Of a stretch of DNA of 64,000 bases, positions 35,353 to 53,697 are shown piece by piece; position 1 is the first letter of the stretch; each line of letters starts with the position of its first letter. Under the pieces are notes generated by a model. It saw only the letters and a program-made list of their open reading frames with translations, ran no database searches and was not told the DNA's origin. This DNA is from Macrostomum lignano (Eukaryota): NCBI GenBank assembly GCA_002269645.1, contig NIVC01002975.1, forward strand, positions 62,001 to 126,000, given 5' to 3'. A program made the position numbers and the translations under genes.

Positions 35353-37390
35353 AAGCAAATATTTTAAGCTTAAACTTTCCATGCCAAAAGTCAAGCTATT
35401 CAATATACATTATATATAACATATATTGTACATTACAAATCGAACTGAATTCTAATAACTATGGGTAGTTAAATTTATAAAACATGACAAAATTGACTAG
35501 AAAAGCAAATTATTTTATTGCGTTCTATATTAATTCCGAGTCTGCAAAAGCGCCTAAATCTAGTTAGAGTGGGATGCGGCAAATCATATAAGTATCTTTA
35601 CTTGCCGTGTATCGAGGCTTAAAAAAGCAAAAATGTACGAGCAAAAGAGACGCCTGGGGCTTAAGAATTAAGAAACACACTTGTTATCCACTTGAATTGA
35701 TAGAAGAAAGCCAATTATTATATTAAAAAGACATTTTTCATTTGTCTTAACCGACAATTTTTCTTTATCTAATTGTTATTGTAGAGGAAGTGAATTCTTT
35801 GATACTTTTGCTAGCTTCGTGTCGGTAAGTTGTTTTTCTTTCACAAGGAATATTCAGGCCAGATTCCTCTAGGCCGAGTAAATTGCAACATATTGCTTAG
35901 AGTCAGCGGGCGGTAGGCCCAGAGCCGCTAGCATCTTTTATTTTTGTCTGGTTTTCTTGTTCTCCAGATCGGTTAGATAAACCGTTAATAGCCGGCTATG
36001 CAGTGAAGCATGCCAGACAACAATTATATCGAGTCCAAATCCCATTCACAGTGTATAAGCTCTGCTCCAAGTTAGGAGACGGAAATCTTCTCATCCATGA
36101 ATAATGCCGGCACAATCTGTTGAAGTAATTCCTTTCCTGCCTTTCCTTGCCATAATTGAAGGACAAAAAACAATAGGGACTTAAAAATAGTCGATAAAAT
36201 CGCTACAGCTAATCTTCTAGGAGTTGAAAGAGCGCCTTTTCAAAGCCTTGGATACAACGGCAGCTTCAATGCGATCTCGATAACTCAACACGATACGGTT
36301 GTCAGAGTGAATTCCAAAGAACACCAAGCAGATCGGATGTCGAACTTCTCTGTTGTGATGAAGCAATTAGTTTGCCACAACTGAAAATCAGATAGAAGAA
36401 GCTGAAGAGCCTGCCAGCCCTCAGATTTTCTGAGTCAGGAAACGCGCGGAGGACGGCAGCAGCTGCAGCAATAAAGAATGAGGAGAGAAAAAGAGGGAGC
36501 CACGCGTCTCCTCAGTTTTTATTCGCCAAGTGACAATTCGGAGGGATGGAATTCGCCTTTGAGCTTTCTATTTAACAACCGCAGCCGCCGACAGACGGGC
36601 GTTCAAGAGTGGAGGATCGGAAACAAACACTGGTTGCTAGGCAGATGAGCAAGCACAGTAACAAAACCAGCAGCCGCTGCGGCTCCCTGCTCCGTAAAAA
36701 AACAGCAATCGATGACAAGCGGCCCAGGATGATAAATTTGATGAGTGGCGGCTGATGACAAAAGCGAGGTAGCAACCAAAACCGCAGACGGCTGGAGTGC
36801 TGCTTGTCTTTGACTAGCACAGCTTGTGGATTTTCCACGGGGGAATGGCGCCTGTCTCAATTTTTATCCCTCCCCATACTACAAGAGGCGCTAAGTCTCT
36901 TAAATATCCTTGAGATCGCTTTATCGGCACAATGTGACAATTCTCCTCCATTCAGCAGGCTCACTGCCATTATTCAAAAATAGCGGCGCTGATTGATGCC
37001 CAATATTAGCTCAGCCGGCACGCCCTGCCTAGGATCTAAGATTGAGCAGATTTGCTTACGAGTTTATTCTTAATCATTTCCTTTCTTCTGCAAACACGCG
37101 CGCGGTGTATTTTCCCTTTTCCGTTGCCGTGGCAAAAAGCCACTAACGTGGATACAGGCAAAGGGATAAATGATAAGCCGCTTATACAAACTAATTCCTC
37201 ACTTTTCAAACCCTAAAAACTTGTCAACGGTAAGCAGTTACACACAGATCTACTCGATCCGATTATTTCACTGAATTAGCAGCATTTTACGCTATTTCAA
37301 GCTCATCATTAATATTACAGTTGAACCACTTTTACATGTCCTTGACTTTTACATAGATTTTACATGAAATTGATTCTTTAACAAACCTTC

Positions 37391-40265
37391 CTACAGTGGA
37401 CAGCCGCTGCATGTCTCTGAACCTACAATGGACAGTTGCTGTATGTCTGTGATCCTACAGTGGACAGTTGAAGTATGTCTGTGATCCTACAGTGGACAGT
37501 TGCTGAATGTCTGTGATCCTACAGTGGACAGTTGAAGTATGTCTGTGATTCTACAGTGGACAGTTGCTGTATGTCTGTGATCCTACAGTGGACAGTTGCT
37601 GAATGTCTGTGATCCTACAGTGGACAGTTGCTGTATGTCTATGGTCCTACAGTGGACAGTTGCTGTATGTCTATGGTCCTACAGTGGACAGTTGCTGCAT
37701 GTCTGTGATCCTACAGTGGACAGTTGCTGCATGTCTGTGATCCTACAGTGGACAGTTGCTGCATGTCTGTGATCCTACAGTGGACAGTTGTTGTATGTCT
37801 GTGATCCTACAGTGGACAGTTGCTGAATGTCTGTGATCCTACAGTGGACAGTTGCTGTATGTCTATGGTCCTACAGTGGACAGTTGCTGTATGTCTATGG
37901 TCCTACAGTGGACAGTTGCTGCATGTCTGTGATCCTACAGTGGACAGTTGCTGCATGTCTGTGATCCTACAGTGGACAGTTGCTGCATGTCTGTGATCCT
38001 ACAGTGGACAGTTACTGTACGTCTGTGATCCTACAGTGGACAGTTGCTGAATGTCTGTGATCCTACAGTGGACAGTTGCTGCATGTCTGTGATCCTACAG
38101 TGGACAGTTGCTGCATGTCTGTGATCCTACAGTGGACAGTTGCTGTATGTCTGTGATCCTACAGTGGACAGTTGCTGTATGTCTGTGATCCTACAGTGGA
38201 CAGTTACTGTACGTCTGTGATCCTACAGTGGACAGTTGCTGCATGTCTGTGATCCTACAGTGGACAGTTGCTGCATGTCTGTGATCCTACAGTGGACAGT
38301 TGCTGCATGTCTGTGATCCTACAATGGACAGTTACTGTATGTCTGTGATCCTACAATAGACAGTTGTTGTATGTCTGTGATCCTACAGTGGACAGTTGCT
38401 GCATGTCTGTGATCCTACAATAGACAGTTACTGTATGTCTGTGATCCTACAGTGGACAGTTGCTGAATGTCTGTGATCCTACAGTGGACAGTTGCTGTAT
38501 GTCTGTGATTCTACAGTGGACGGTTGCTGTATGTCTATGGTCCTACAGTGGACAGTTGCTGTATGTCTATGGTCCTACAGTGGACAGTTGCTGTATGTCT
38601 GTGATCCTACAGTGGACAGTTGCTGTATGTCTGTGATCCTACAGTGGACAGTTGCTGAATGTCTGTGATCCTACAGTGGACAGTTGCTGTATGTCTGTGA
38701 TTCTACAGTGGACAGTTGCTGTATGTCTATGGTCCTACAGTGGACAGTTGCTGTATGTCTGTGATCCTACAGTGGACAGTTGCTGTATGTCTGTGATCCT
38801 ACAGTGGACAGTTGCTGCATGTCTGTGATCCTACAATAGACAGTTGCTGCATGTCTGTGATTCTACAGTGGACAGTTGCTGTATGTCTGTGATCCTACAG
38901 TGGACAGTTGCTGTATGTCTGTGATCCTACAGTGGACAGTTGCTGAATGTCTGTGATCCTACAGTGGACAGTTGCTGTATGTCTGTGATTCTACAGTGGA
39001 CAGTTGCTGTATGTCTATGGTCCTACAGTGGACAGTTGCTGTATGTCTGTGATCCTACAGTGGACAGTTACTGTATGTCTGTGATCCTACAGTGGACAGT
39101 TGCTGAATGTCTGTGATCCTACAGTGGACAGTTGCTGTATGTCTGTGATTCTACAGTGGACAGTTGCTGTATGTCTATGGTCCTACAGTGGACAGTTGCT
39201 GTATGTCTGTGATCCTACAGTGGACAGTTGCTGAATGTCTGTGATCCTACAGTGGACAGTTGCTGTATGTCTATGGTCCTACAGTGGACAGTTGCTGTAT
39301 GTCTGTGATCCTACAGTGGACAGTTGCTGAATGTCTGTGATCCTACAGTGGACAGTTGCTGAATGTCTGTGATCCTACAGTGGACAGTTGCTGTATGTCT
39401 GTGATCCTACAGTGGACAGTTGCTGAATGTCTGTGATCCTACAATAGACAGTTGTTGTATGTCTGTGATCCTACAGTGGACAGTTGCTGAATGTCTGTGA
39501 TCCTACAGTGGACAGTTGCTGAATGTCTGTGATCCTACAGTGGACAGTTGCTGAATGTCTGTGATCCTACAGTGGACAGTTGCTGTACGTCTGTGATTCT
39601 ACAGTGGACAGTTGCTGTATGTCTATGGTCCTACAAAGGACAGTTACTGTACGTCTGTGATTCTACAGTGGACAGTTGCTGAATGTCTGTGATCCTACAG
39701 TGGACAGTTGCTGTATGTCTGTGATCCTACAGTGGACAGTTGCTGTATGTCTGTGATCCTACAGTGGACAGTTGTATTCTGTGATCCTACAGTGGACAGT
39801 TGCTGCATGTCTATGGTCCTACAGTGGACAGTTGTATTCTGTGATCCTACAGTGGACAGTTGCTGCATGTCTGTGATCCTACAAAGGACAGTTACTGTAC
39901 GTCTGTGATTCTACAGTGGACAGTTGCTGAATGTCTGTGATCCTACAGTGGACAGTTGCTGTATGTCTGTGATCCTACAGTGGACAGTTGCTGTATGTCT
40001 GTGATCCTACAGTGGACAGTTGTATTCTGTGATCCTACAGTGGACAGTTGCTGTATGTCTATGGTCCTACAAAGGACAGTTACTGTACGTCTGTGATTCT
40101 ACAGTGGACAGTTGCTGAATGTCTGTGATTCTACAGTGGACAGTTGCTGTATGTCTGTGATCCTACAGTGGACAGTTGAAGTATGTCTGTGATCCTACAG
40201 TGGACAGTTGCTGTATGTCTGTGATCCTACAGTGGACAGTTGTATTCTGTGATCATACAATGGAC
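37391..40265. repeat. 32-bp minisatellite (CCTACAGTGGACAGTTGCTGTATGTCTGTGAT), ~90 copies
   Basis: Tandem units. Confidence 0.97.
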
Positions 40266-43200
40266 GGCCGCTGAGAGAGGTCAGCTAAATTCAATTACCT
40301 TCTTAGATATCAACTTACGGGCGAGACGTGGCGCCATATTGCCCCATAAAGCCATTTTTCGTTTCGTTGTCTTTATATCGTTTCTGATCATGTTTTCTTA
40401 TGGCGGCTCATCTATCTACCCGTAAAGGCTGACTTGACTCTACAAAAGCATAATAGCGGACTATTTCTGCAATGAAATATTTTTTCAAGAACCAAGCACA
40501 GCTGGTCTAGCAAAAGAAGCTAAGTAAAGAAAAATCTTAGTGGGTCAACACGGACACCGAATTCTTATTTTCATTCACGCAATAAACTTTTCTTCTAGCA
40601 TGAAAAAGCCAAAGCAAAATGTTAGAAGCAGCAAGAAGTCAGCTGAGCACAGACCCGATTCAATCTTTCGGTTTTGGCGCAGAAATCAGAAATAACTAAG
40701 AAATCAGTCAAACTGATCCCCAGCTAACCTAGTTTTCATTTTTTTTCAAAATTCCTTCCTCCTCGGATTGAATTGCCAGCCGCACAAATAATTGAGGTCA
40801 ATTTTTTTAAAGAATAAAGTTGACGCCAGCTAGCTTGAGTTGTCTCTCGAGCGCATCCCCTAATGCGGGGAGTCCAGTGGGGGTATCAGTTTCGCACACG
40901 TGTGACCCATCCCGGATAAGGCATTTAAGGCTTAGCTGTTGCGCGCAGCAAGTCGACCGGTCGGTGTATTTATTAAGACAGGAGAAAGACGGCCACCGGG
41001 GTTCAATTTACTGGCGCACGGTGCAGGTAAGCCAGAGATACCTATCTAATCATAAGGCGCGTGACATTTCCCTTAGCCCAGTGGAGCTACAGAGAGAGAG
41101 GGGGTAAAGAAATTCGAGAGCATTCGACGCGCGCACCTCAACAATTAACAGATTGGTCATATGGCCTGTTGGGATAAAGCTAAGAGCAAGGTCGACGACT
41201 TAAGTAGACGGATGGGAACTTCGTTTCTTAGAAAATCTCTATGGAAGCTGGATTTAAGCGAAAACTACACTACCGAGATAGGAACTTTTCACGTCTTATC
41301 TTTATTATAGATATGGTTTTCAAAGAAACGATATGTCCCGTCCTACTCAAGACGTCTTTGAGCAGGAGAAACTCACTAAATAGCTAGGCCTACCCTAATA
41401 GTTGACGCGACTATTTCATACGAAATCAAAAAACCGCAGGCCACTTGCCGCGTCACTCAAGTAAGCAGCAGCTGGCCTCAGCCAGCCTGTCTCTGCTTGA
41501 GCATATTAACCACCAGGCCTGACCGTGTGGGTAAAAGCAATTCCGCTGATGAAGTACCGCTTTTGATCTCGTTGACGGATAAAAGTTGGCTATCGACAGC
41601 GGCAGCACTTCAAATCCACTTTACTTATTCGTGACTTGCCTGCTCAATAGTAGAGGATATACACTCTCTACTTTCTCCTTCACTTTCTAGCTAAGGGGAA
41701 TAGGGTAGCACCAGTTGTTTGCCCACTTCAATGGCGGGGTGGCTGGGGTTGCGATCATGGACAGATAGGCTGAAGATATTAAGATAGAAGATTTCTTAAC
41801 ACAAGCGGAGGTGGAAGGGCCCCGGGCGGCGGGAACGGCGAGCTGGACTGGCGGTAGTGGGAGAGTCAAACAATGCCGCGGATGTTGGGAACATTTTCGG
41901 GTTCACGTGGCGCCTTTACCTTCTTCTCTCTCTCTCATAACTATTTGTCCTAGCATATCAGCTTTCCCATGCTAGTCTGGGGATCGGCAGCAGGCAGGCA
42001 GTCAATTATCAAGCCTTCATCAGTCTAAGGCTCTATCATCCCCAAATTAAGACATTGTGTGCGCGTGTGTGTGCTAGGCAAGCCGCAAAGAGGCCGGGTC
42101 AGAGGTCGGACAGGAACTTGCAGCGCATAAGAGAGCAATTTATATATTTTAATGCATCATCATTAAGCGACCTAAACTAGCAAATTTTCTGTCAAAATTA
42201 AAGGCAACACAAAATCGCAAGAAAGTAGGGGGGGGGGGAGAGAACTGGGTTTAAGCAGGAATAAGAAGTAAAATCAGGGGATTCTGTGGAAAATTACAGA
42301 AGAAAGTCCTACATGATTAGGAAATCTGGAGGGGACTGGAGGTTAGGAGCGAATCTAATATATAAAAAAACGAACAGGAAGGTCACCCCTAAGAGTGTCT
42401 GGGGCGATGGGAGGCCAACATGTGCGAGAAGGACCAACAATTCAATGAGACGCGATGCGACAGTTTGCGCAGATGAGGGGACATTGCGGGCCCTAGACAA
42501 CCACAGCAGCACTCCACTTCACAATTCAGCAATTCTTTAACAATGCCCCGCGACACACCACAGCTTCCACTTAAATGAAACTGGTTTGCAAGTGGCATTC
42601 AACACCATTTTCTCAGCTTCCGTTTCTTGTTCCCTCTTAAACCAGAAACTTCTCTACAATTAAACAGCTGCAGCGTCAAATCCAGACTCGCGATTGCGGC
42701 TTAGCAACCAGTATTGAGGAAATTCCGATCCTCGCTCTCAACAACTCCTCTCGCGCCACGAGGATCCTGGCGGTCAAAGGCCACACGGAGGACAAGCTTG
42801 ATTGACAATCGCCTTAGCGCGGCGGGGGGCGGTGCGGCGATACTCGACCCTTTATAATACCAGAGACTCTCACCGCGCTCCCTGCAGATCACTGTTGCTA
42901 AAAGATTAACCCCTCCATCTTTTGTGCTCAGCAAACGTCAGTCACCTGTTTTCTATAATTCCACAACTGGAAAGGATGGCTGCCTGCTTAAACAGGCAGT
43001 GTATCCGCCTGGATACAGCTTAGAAAAAGCAGACTAAGAGCAGCAAGAATAACATCGTACTCAGCTCAGTGTGGTGGGTTTGAACAACGGGATTTTTATT
43101 CATTTAAAATCCTCCATGGGAACAGAGAAGAGAAAAAACAATCAGTCAAGGTTTGCAACGTTCTGAACAGAAGCCCAGCACTTCAACATGCTCAAAAAAA

Positions 43201-43398
43201 CCTTAGCCCGCATGGAGACAGGCATTCCTTTGTGCAGGTCACGCGCATGGCACATAAAAAATTAACTGTTTTTATATCTGACTTCTGCCCACAGCTTTGA
43301 TTAGTCAGTTGGACTTTGAATATCAAGTGGATTTCAAAGTCATTTTTAGGTCAAAAAGGTTGTATCGAATATTAATTACGCAAAGTTTATATAATTTA

Positions 43399-43905
43399 AG
43401 CCTCAGATTCTCCAGGACAGGGCAGCCGCTACAGCCTCAGATTCTACAGGACAGGGCAGCCGCTACAGCCTCAGATTCTACAGGACAGGGCAGCCGCTAC
43501 AGCCTCAGATTCTACAGGACAGGGCAGCCGCTACAGCCTCAGATTCTACAGGACAGGGCAGCCGCTACAGCCTCAGATTCTACAGGACAGGGCAGCCGCT
43601 ACAGCCTCAGATTCTACAGGACAGGGCAGCCGCTACAGCCTCAGATTCTACAGGACAGGGCAGCCGCTACAGCCTCAGATTCTACAGGACAGGGCAGCCG
43701 CTACAGCCTCAGATTCTACAGGACAGGGCAGCCGCTACAGCCTCAGATTCTACAGGACAGGGCAGCCGCTACAGCCTCAGATTCTACAGGACAGGGCAGC
43801 CGCTACAGCCTCAGATTCTACAGGACAGGGCAGCCGCTACAGCCTCATTCTACAGGACAGGGCAGCCGCTACAGCCTCAGATTCTACAGGACAGGGCAGC
43901 CGCTA
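43399..43905. repeat. 34-bp minisatellite (CAGATTCTACAGGACAGGGCAGCCGCTACAGCCT), ~14 near-perfect copies
   Basis: Tandem units. Confidence 0.97.
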
Positions 43906-44744
43906 AATAATAGGAAATTTTTCTTATAAATAATTAAACTGATACTCGATCTTCTCTCCAAATATTCCTTAAAGAGTTTTTATCTCCGCTAAACAGACGA
44001 GTCCGATCAACTGTTGCATAAGCTTGAGTCGCATCGCATCTGAAGAATAAGGCAAACATGCATCAATTGAGCGAATCCTCCTGTAGCTATCATTACTATG
44101 ATTATTAGACAGAGTTTTCACATTCAAAGCCTACCCCAACACCCGAGCTGACACAAAACAAGAAGTCAAAGTCAAACGAAGCGTTAAAACAGATTTGGGC
44201 GCCAGTGATCAGCGAGAGCAGCGGATAACAGACAGGATTTGGATAATTATAGCGCAGAGCCAGACAAGGAGGCGAGCCAGTTTCAGGCCAGGATGCGAAT
44301 GACAGTGAAAAGACTGACCGAGCCTTGAACTGGGCCGCCAGAGCGCAGAAATGAGTTTTGAGAAAATTTTAGAAAGCAAACGACCGCGGCGAAGTCTTAT
44401 AAAAGCTAAACTGACAGGGGGAAATCTCTCCCAACCCTCACCGCCCAGTCTATCGCTCACTTTCTGGAGTGTAATTATAATGTGCGATAATATATAGCAA
44501 ATCCTATCCAGGATATCAGATCTAGCTATTTATAAATCACAATAACCATTACTGCTAAATGACATCATGATTCCATCCTCTGCGTGCTCAGACTTGAAAG
44601 CATTAAAATTAATCATGGAAAGAAAAGATCAATAAGGAAGTAATTCAAATTAGCGATTATTAATTTCAGTGAGCATGGCTTTTCTACAGATATCAACTGT
44701 GCGATCCTGTGAACTAGAAAAATGATAAAATTTTGAAGAATTTG

Positions 44745-46018
44745 CACAGTCAGTAAGCATTACACAAACCAGTAAGCAATGCACAAACCCGTCTCACTAC
44801 ACTAGCCAGTAAGCACTACACAAGCCAGTAAGCACTACACAAGCCAGTATCATTACACAAGCCAGTATCATTACACAAGTCAGTATAATTACACAAGCCA
44901 GTATCATTACACAAGTCAGTATCACTACACAAGCCAGTATCACTACACAAGCCAGTATCACTACACAAGCCAGTATCATTACACAAGCCAGTATCACTAC
45001 ACAAGCCAGTATCATTACACAAGCCAGTATCATTACACAAGCCAGTAAGCACTACAAAAGTCAGTATAATTACACAAGCCAGTATCATTACACAAGTCAG
45101 TATAATTACACAAGCCAGTATCATTACACAAGTCAGTATCATTACACAAGCCAGTATCATTACACAAGCCAGTAAGAACTACACAAGTCAGTATCATTAC
45201 ACAAGCCAGTAAGCACTACACAAGCCAGTATCATTACAAGCCAGTATCATTACAAGCCAGTATCATTACAAGCCAGTATCATTACAAGCCAGTATCATTA
45301 CAAGCCAGTATCATTACAAGCCAGTATCATTACAAGCCAGTATCATTACAAGCCAGTATCATTACAAGCCAGTATCATTACAAGCCAGTATCATTACAAG
45401 CCAGTATCATTGCAAGCCAGTATCATTACAAGCCAGTATCATTACACAAGCCAGTATCATTACACAAGCCAGTATCATTACACAAGCCAGTAAGAACTAC
45501 ACAAGTCAGTTTCATTACACAAGCCAGTAAGAACTACACAAGCCAGTATCATTACACAAGCCATGCAGTAAGCACTACACAAGCCAGTATCATTACACAA
45601 GCCATTCAGTAAGCACTACACAAGCCAGTATCATTACACAAGCCAGTAAGCACTGCACAAGCCAGTATCATTACAAGCCAGTGTCATTACACAAGCCAGT
45701 GTCATTACACAAGCCAGTAAGCACTACAAAAGCCAGTATCATTACAAGCCAGTATCATTACAAGCCAGTATCATTACACAAGCCAGTGTCATTACACAAG
45801 CCAGTGTCATTACACAAGCTAGTAAGCACTACACAAGCCAGCATCATTACACAAGCCAGTGTCATTACACAAGCCAGTGTCATTACACAAGCTAGTAAGC
45901 ACTACACAAGCCAGCATCATTACACAAGCCAGTGTCATTACACAAGCCAGTGTCATTACACAAGCTAGTAAGCACTACACAAGCCAGCATCATTACACAA
46001 GCAGCCAGTAAGCACTAA
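44745..46018. repeat. 18/16-bp minisatellite (CATTACACAAGCCAGTAT)
   Basis: Tandem units with a homogeneous 16-bp block near 45230-45430. Confidence 0.95.
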
Positions 46019-46859
46019 GCCCCTATCCAATTGAGCACCTCCTCTATCTTTGATTGTATCCGTATAGAAGATAATTATTAATAATTGCATCGCATGACCA
46101 TGCAATTAGCACACACGCAGTGAAGTTGAAACTAGAAATTGACTTGTCAAAAGTTAAGAATACCCCTAGCAGGAATATTGAACAAGAACAGGGAACACAG
46201 ACAGAGGTGTTAAAGAAACCAGATGCGGGCTGAAGGTTCACTAATAGCCGATTTGTGTTAATAAAAACAGAATTAAACAATCAAGCTGCTTTAGTATTCC
46301 TGGGATAACATAATTTGCCAGCAGGTTCTGTTTGATCCCCAAACCCTAACCCGAACGAACAATCCGCGGTATAAAAATTGTGTGAAAGGCTTCCAGAAAG
46401 CTTGGGGGTGACGGAAATCAGGCAGCCTACAAGCCTGCCTGCCAGCGTGCAATCAATGCAATGTCCACCCAGACAGTAGGTAATGATTCAGGTCACGCAC
46501 AGGCGCTTACTGTGTATTGCTATGCGTAACAATTAAATAGCAAGGACTTTGCATTGAACATCCTGTTAGGAATTGCGCAGACAGATGGACATCTTAGAGG
46601 AGGTCAATGCTGGGATTAAATCAGATGAAAATCGAGATTAAGATAGTATAGCACTGGCATAACAATAACGATGACATCGTTTTAATTTGAGCGGTAAGAA
46701 AAGTATTTCGATTGTTCCCTTTACTACTGAATAGTAGAAATCGAAGAAGTTATACAGTAAAGCCGATTTATAAGACGAAAATACTTCATTATGATTTCTA
46801 AGAGTGCGATTTGTGATAAAAGTGTCAGGACTAATGCTCATGAGGTAGGGGCGATTTTC

Positions 46860-49742
<2,883 letters not shown>

Positions 49743-50324
49743 TAACGAAGGCTGATCGATAAGGCAGCTAAAGCGTCAAACCTAGCCTACCTGCCTACTA
49801 GTAGTAAAGAGCAAAGCAATGCATCGAATTTGCTATCCAGACAAGCAAAATATGTCGCATTTAATGCTGAAATAACACAGATTTATGTAGCGCCTGAAGG
49901 CAATAAATACACAGCTTGAAATAGAATTGGCAGACGCTATTATAATAAATGTTTCATGACACAGAATGCTGAAGCGCGCAAAAATCGATGACACACAAAA
50001 TTAAGTTTTGTGGTCGGCAAGTCGGCAGGGCCAATCAATCAATTGGAAATGTTGTCAGACAAAAACAGCAAAATGAAACAAAGCAAACAAACATCAACAA
50101 TACAGACAATTTTATTTGCACGGCAGCATTATTTTTTGTTCGATAAAATGAAAATGAGCAGAAAGAAAACTAATAATGCGGAAGACAGCTCACAACAGAA
50201 ACATGAAGTGAAAATGAGCATCAACTATTTGAATCTTGATCGGATTGGCTACAAGCTCAATAAATTAGATTTATTTTTTAACTTAGAATAGTTTTGTGAA
50301 ATAATCATTCAGAAGACTTTAGTG

Positions 50325-50690
50325 GTGATTCAGAGACAGCACTGCGGACCTCATAAGGCTGATTATTCAGAGACAGCACTGCGGACTCCATAAGGCCGAT
50401 TATTCAGAGACAGCACTGCGGACTCCATAAGGCCGATTATTCAGAGACAGCACTATGGACTCCATAAGTCCGATAATTCAGAGACAGCACTGCGGACTCC
50501 ATAAGGCCGATTATTCAGAGACAGCACTGTGGATTCCATAAGGCCGATTATTCAGAGACAGCACTATGGACTCCATAAGGCCGATTATTCAGAGACAGCA
50601 CTGCGGACTCCATAAGGCCGATTATTCAGAGACAGCACTGCGGACTCCATAAGGCCGATTATTTAGAGACAGCACTGCAGACTCCATAAG
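50325..50690. repeat. 37-bp minisatellite (GATTATTCAGAGACAGCACTGCGGACTCCATAAGGCC)
   Basis: About 10 units. Confidence 0.95.
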
Positions 50691-51177
50691 GGCAAGTCAG
50701 AAACGATTAAATGAAAATTCAGGAGGCAATCTAGTGCTATCTCATCTCTATGCATACAAAAATTAATTTCCCTTTGCCTTAACAGACTTATACGAAGCTA
50801 AACGTACGAGCTACTCTAAAATTGAATGGAAAGTATTAGATTAAATCAGTTTAAACATAAAATTCCGCTTAAATAACAAACATGTCAAAGCAGGACTCTA
50901 ATATTTCATAATTTAGCTTAAAATGTGGAAAAATATTGAGACAATGGATAAACATAAAGTTGATACGGACTCTACCAGCAAGTGAAACTAGTCAATTTTA
51001 TGACCAGATTTACACAAATGAAAGATAAAATTAACGAGACTCAATCGGGTTAATCAGAATTCAATGTCGAATTTTTCCACATTCAAGTTGACCTCCGAAA
51101 ATGAATAATAAAAACAACAAACGCGCTCTCTGCGCTCGCTACTTAAAGTAGGGCAGTAGCGCATATATACTAAATAT

Positions 51178-51343
51178 TCAATTGCGAACCAACGACCGGC
51201 CCAGCCTGCCGCCGCCGCCTCCTCCGTTGGCATCGAAGACGGTCACTTCGTCGTCTGCGTCGTCTTCATCAAGTCGCTGCATCTCCAGCTTGTCGGCGTC
51301 AACCAATCCGTAGCGACGAGACTTGCTAGCCCGGCGCCGCAGC
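51178..51343 (-). CDS. FAM174: FAM174/DUF1180-like membrane protein, last exon (cytoplasmic tail)
   Basis: Acceptor TTGCCAACAG|G in phase 2; LRRRASKSRRYGLVDADKLEMQRLDEDDADDEVTVFDAN resembles the recalled FAM174A tail [31 protein letters not shown]. Confidence 0.85.
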
Positions 51344-53419
51344 CTGTTGGCAATTGCAAGCAAGTTGTGCACTACTGTCCTGACTGACAACAATTAGATT
51401 ATACATGTAGAACCAGGTACAAACTAGCATTTTAGAGACCTCAACTGGCAAGAATTAAAACCATTCCTACAAAGCTTTATTTAACATTTATAAAGTGTTC
51501 TAAAAAGTTTGTTGAACCATGTGCAATATGAAGAAATATTATAAATATTATGCAATTTTGTTAAAAACAATACTTAAATTTATCATTAATATATAGAGTA
51601 TCAACCCAGATTTATTTAAATATATCAACACCACACTAGAAGCATTTAGTAGGATAAAACATCTTTGCAATGTCAATTTCATCTAAATCTAGCCATATTG
51701 GAAAATGGTTTATCTACCTTGATGAAGAATTTATTGTTCTATGATCATATCTACTTGATCTACTGCTATTATATAATCTCTCTTTACTATTAATTTGCAA
51801 CTTAATATCTATTGTGTTTATATGTATAATTTATAAACTTTTATTTATATATCCAAATCAATTATTTATAATCAGGTTCAGATCTAAAAAATTGAACTAA
51901 TGGTTCAGGTTACTAAGGTACTTTGGCTTTGATTGTGTTACTCATAGAAAGAAAGAGAAAATCTAAATTGATAGAGGCATACCCTTTGTGTCTCCTATAT
52001 TTGATGTTATTAATTATACAAAAATTAAAAAGGAAATATATACCTATTCTAATATATAAATTGTTTATTCCCTAGATGGACCACTCAGGTTTCTTGGGTG
52101 AGCCCATTAGACCCAATGTATCTCTTGAAAGTTTTAGTGACCATTGTCTACATATAGTTTAATTTCAATAGCTTAAGCATTAAGTGCATTGTACGATAAT
52201 CCATATATGTTATATATATTTATGTATTGAGTCTATATTGGCATGACACTACATCTTAAACTGTAGATGGTTGATTTTTTGTTTGGCTTGTCAATTCTAT
52301 TGCTGCTAATTGCAAAGCTAATGTCACCTATGTCAGTTCTTACTGTCTCTATAACAATAAAGGCTGTCTCATTGCTAGAATAGTTAACTTCCAAACTATA
52401 TATTCTTTCAATAAAACATAGGTGCTGCAGCCTCTCATATAGCAACTAAGCAAGTTTAAAACCCTTATCATTAATTTTCTATTGAGTACAGCTCATGTAT
52501 ATAAATGGCTAACAACTATATATTTTTCCTTACTATGACAAAAAAGAATATCTATTCCCCATAGTTACAAAACTTAAACTCTCAGTGTCTGTGGTTAGCT
52601 TAAATAATTTTTCTAGCTTTGTAGGTTCAAATTTTTAATAGTTTGCATAGAGTGGCCTATCTATGTTCTATTCTGTTACCATTAAAAGCTTTGACTATCT
52701 TGGTCATGCACCATAAAGTATGGCATAATGACTACCTCCAAATCCTTTAATTGCATTAGATATAAAGTATATGTTAAAAGTTTATTAATATTTCAAAAAA
52801 TATATGCAAGGTGGTTAGTGAATAATTTATAAAAAAACAATGATCATTAGAATAGTACTTAGACTTTTAGTACATGTAGAATATATAGATAAAGCTTAAA
52901 ATCAACATGGACAATACAAAACCAATTTTTTCAACCTTTTAAGGCCATTGTCAAGGTATATTTTATCAATAAAACATAAAACACTCAATAATATATAAAT
53001 GAAAATACAATCTATTTTCTATCTAAGAATCAAATCTTATTAGCAAAACTTTTAAAGACCTATTTATTTCCTAGAGTAAAGCCCTAAATTGTGAGTAGTG
53101 TTGAAAAGCCCACTAATCAGCGAGAAAGTGCCTCAGGGCAGAAAAATCACTTCAGGGCAGCAAAAACACATAAGGCTATGACCCTCTGATCCAATGAATG
53201 CCCAGGACTGAGAGAAAACTTATAGGAGTAAATAAAGTAGACAGTGCCATTAGACCACTCAGGCCAAAGAGTACAGTACATGTACAGATGCTACTAATAT
53301 AGAAGTAGGCACGCTACCAATAAGCATAAGTACATTGATACGAAAGTACATTAACCAATAGAGGGAAGCTCACCCCTATCACAACTTTGATGGCATTATG
53401 AGATTATTTATAAAGACAG

Positions 53420-53628
53420 AAGTAACCCCTACATCAACTTTGGTGGCAGCGGTGGAATATTCAATAATAGGAAATAGAAAAGTAGCCCTACGTCAACTTT
53501 GGTGGCAGCGGTGGGATATTCAATAATAGGAAATAGAAAAGTAGCCCTACGTCAACTTTGGTGGCAGCGGTGGGATATTCAATAATAGGAAATAGAAAAG
53601 TAGCCCTATGTCAACCTTGGTGGCAGCG
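53420..53628 (+). repeat. 59-bp tandem repeat of an LTR end plus tRNA-Leu primer-binding site, 4 copies
   Basis: PBS TGGTGGCAGCGGTGGGAT starts at 53441 (1 mismatch), 53500, 53559 and 53618 (11 nt). Confidence 0.85.
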
Positions 53629-53697
53629 TAAAAAATCAGAGAAATTGCCAGAATCGAATAAATCAGAGAAACAGTAAAAGAAATTAGAAAGTAAGAA

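Noticed and set aside
35800-36420. Possible decayed LINE RT fragment on the minus strand (RSTSDLL..., VSKAL)
   Set aside because: Only two weak motif echoes in different frames with stops; not supportable without a profile search
41530-41600. CTGATGA hammerhead or C-box-like motif (also near 6956 and 24842)
   Set aside because: No downstream GAAA with a closing stem II, and no matching D box or terminal stem
52233-52445. 70-aa ORF faintly like an APE endonuclease segment
   Set aside because: No catalytic motif can be identified; at best old TE debris
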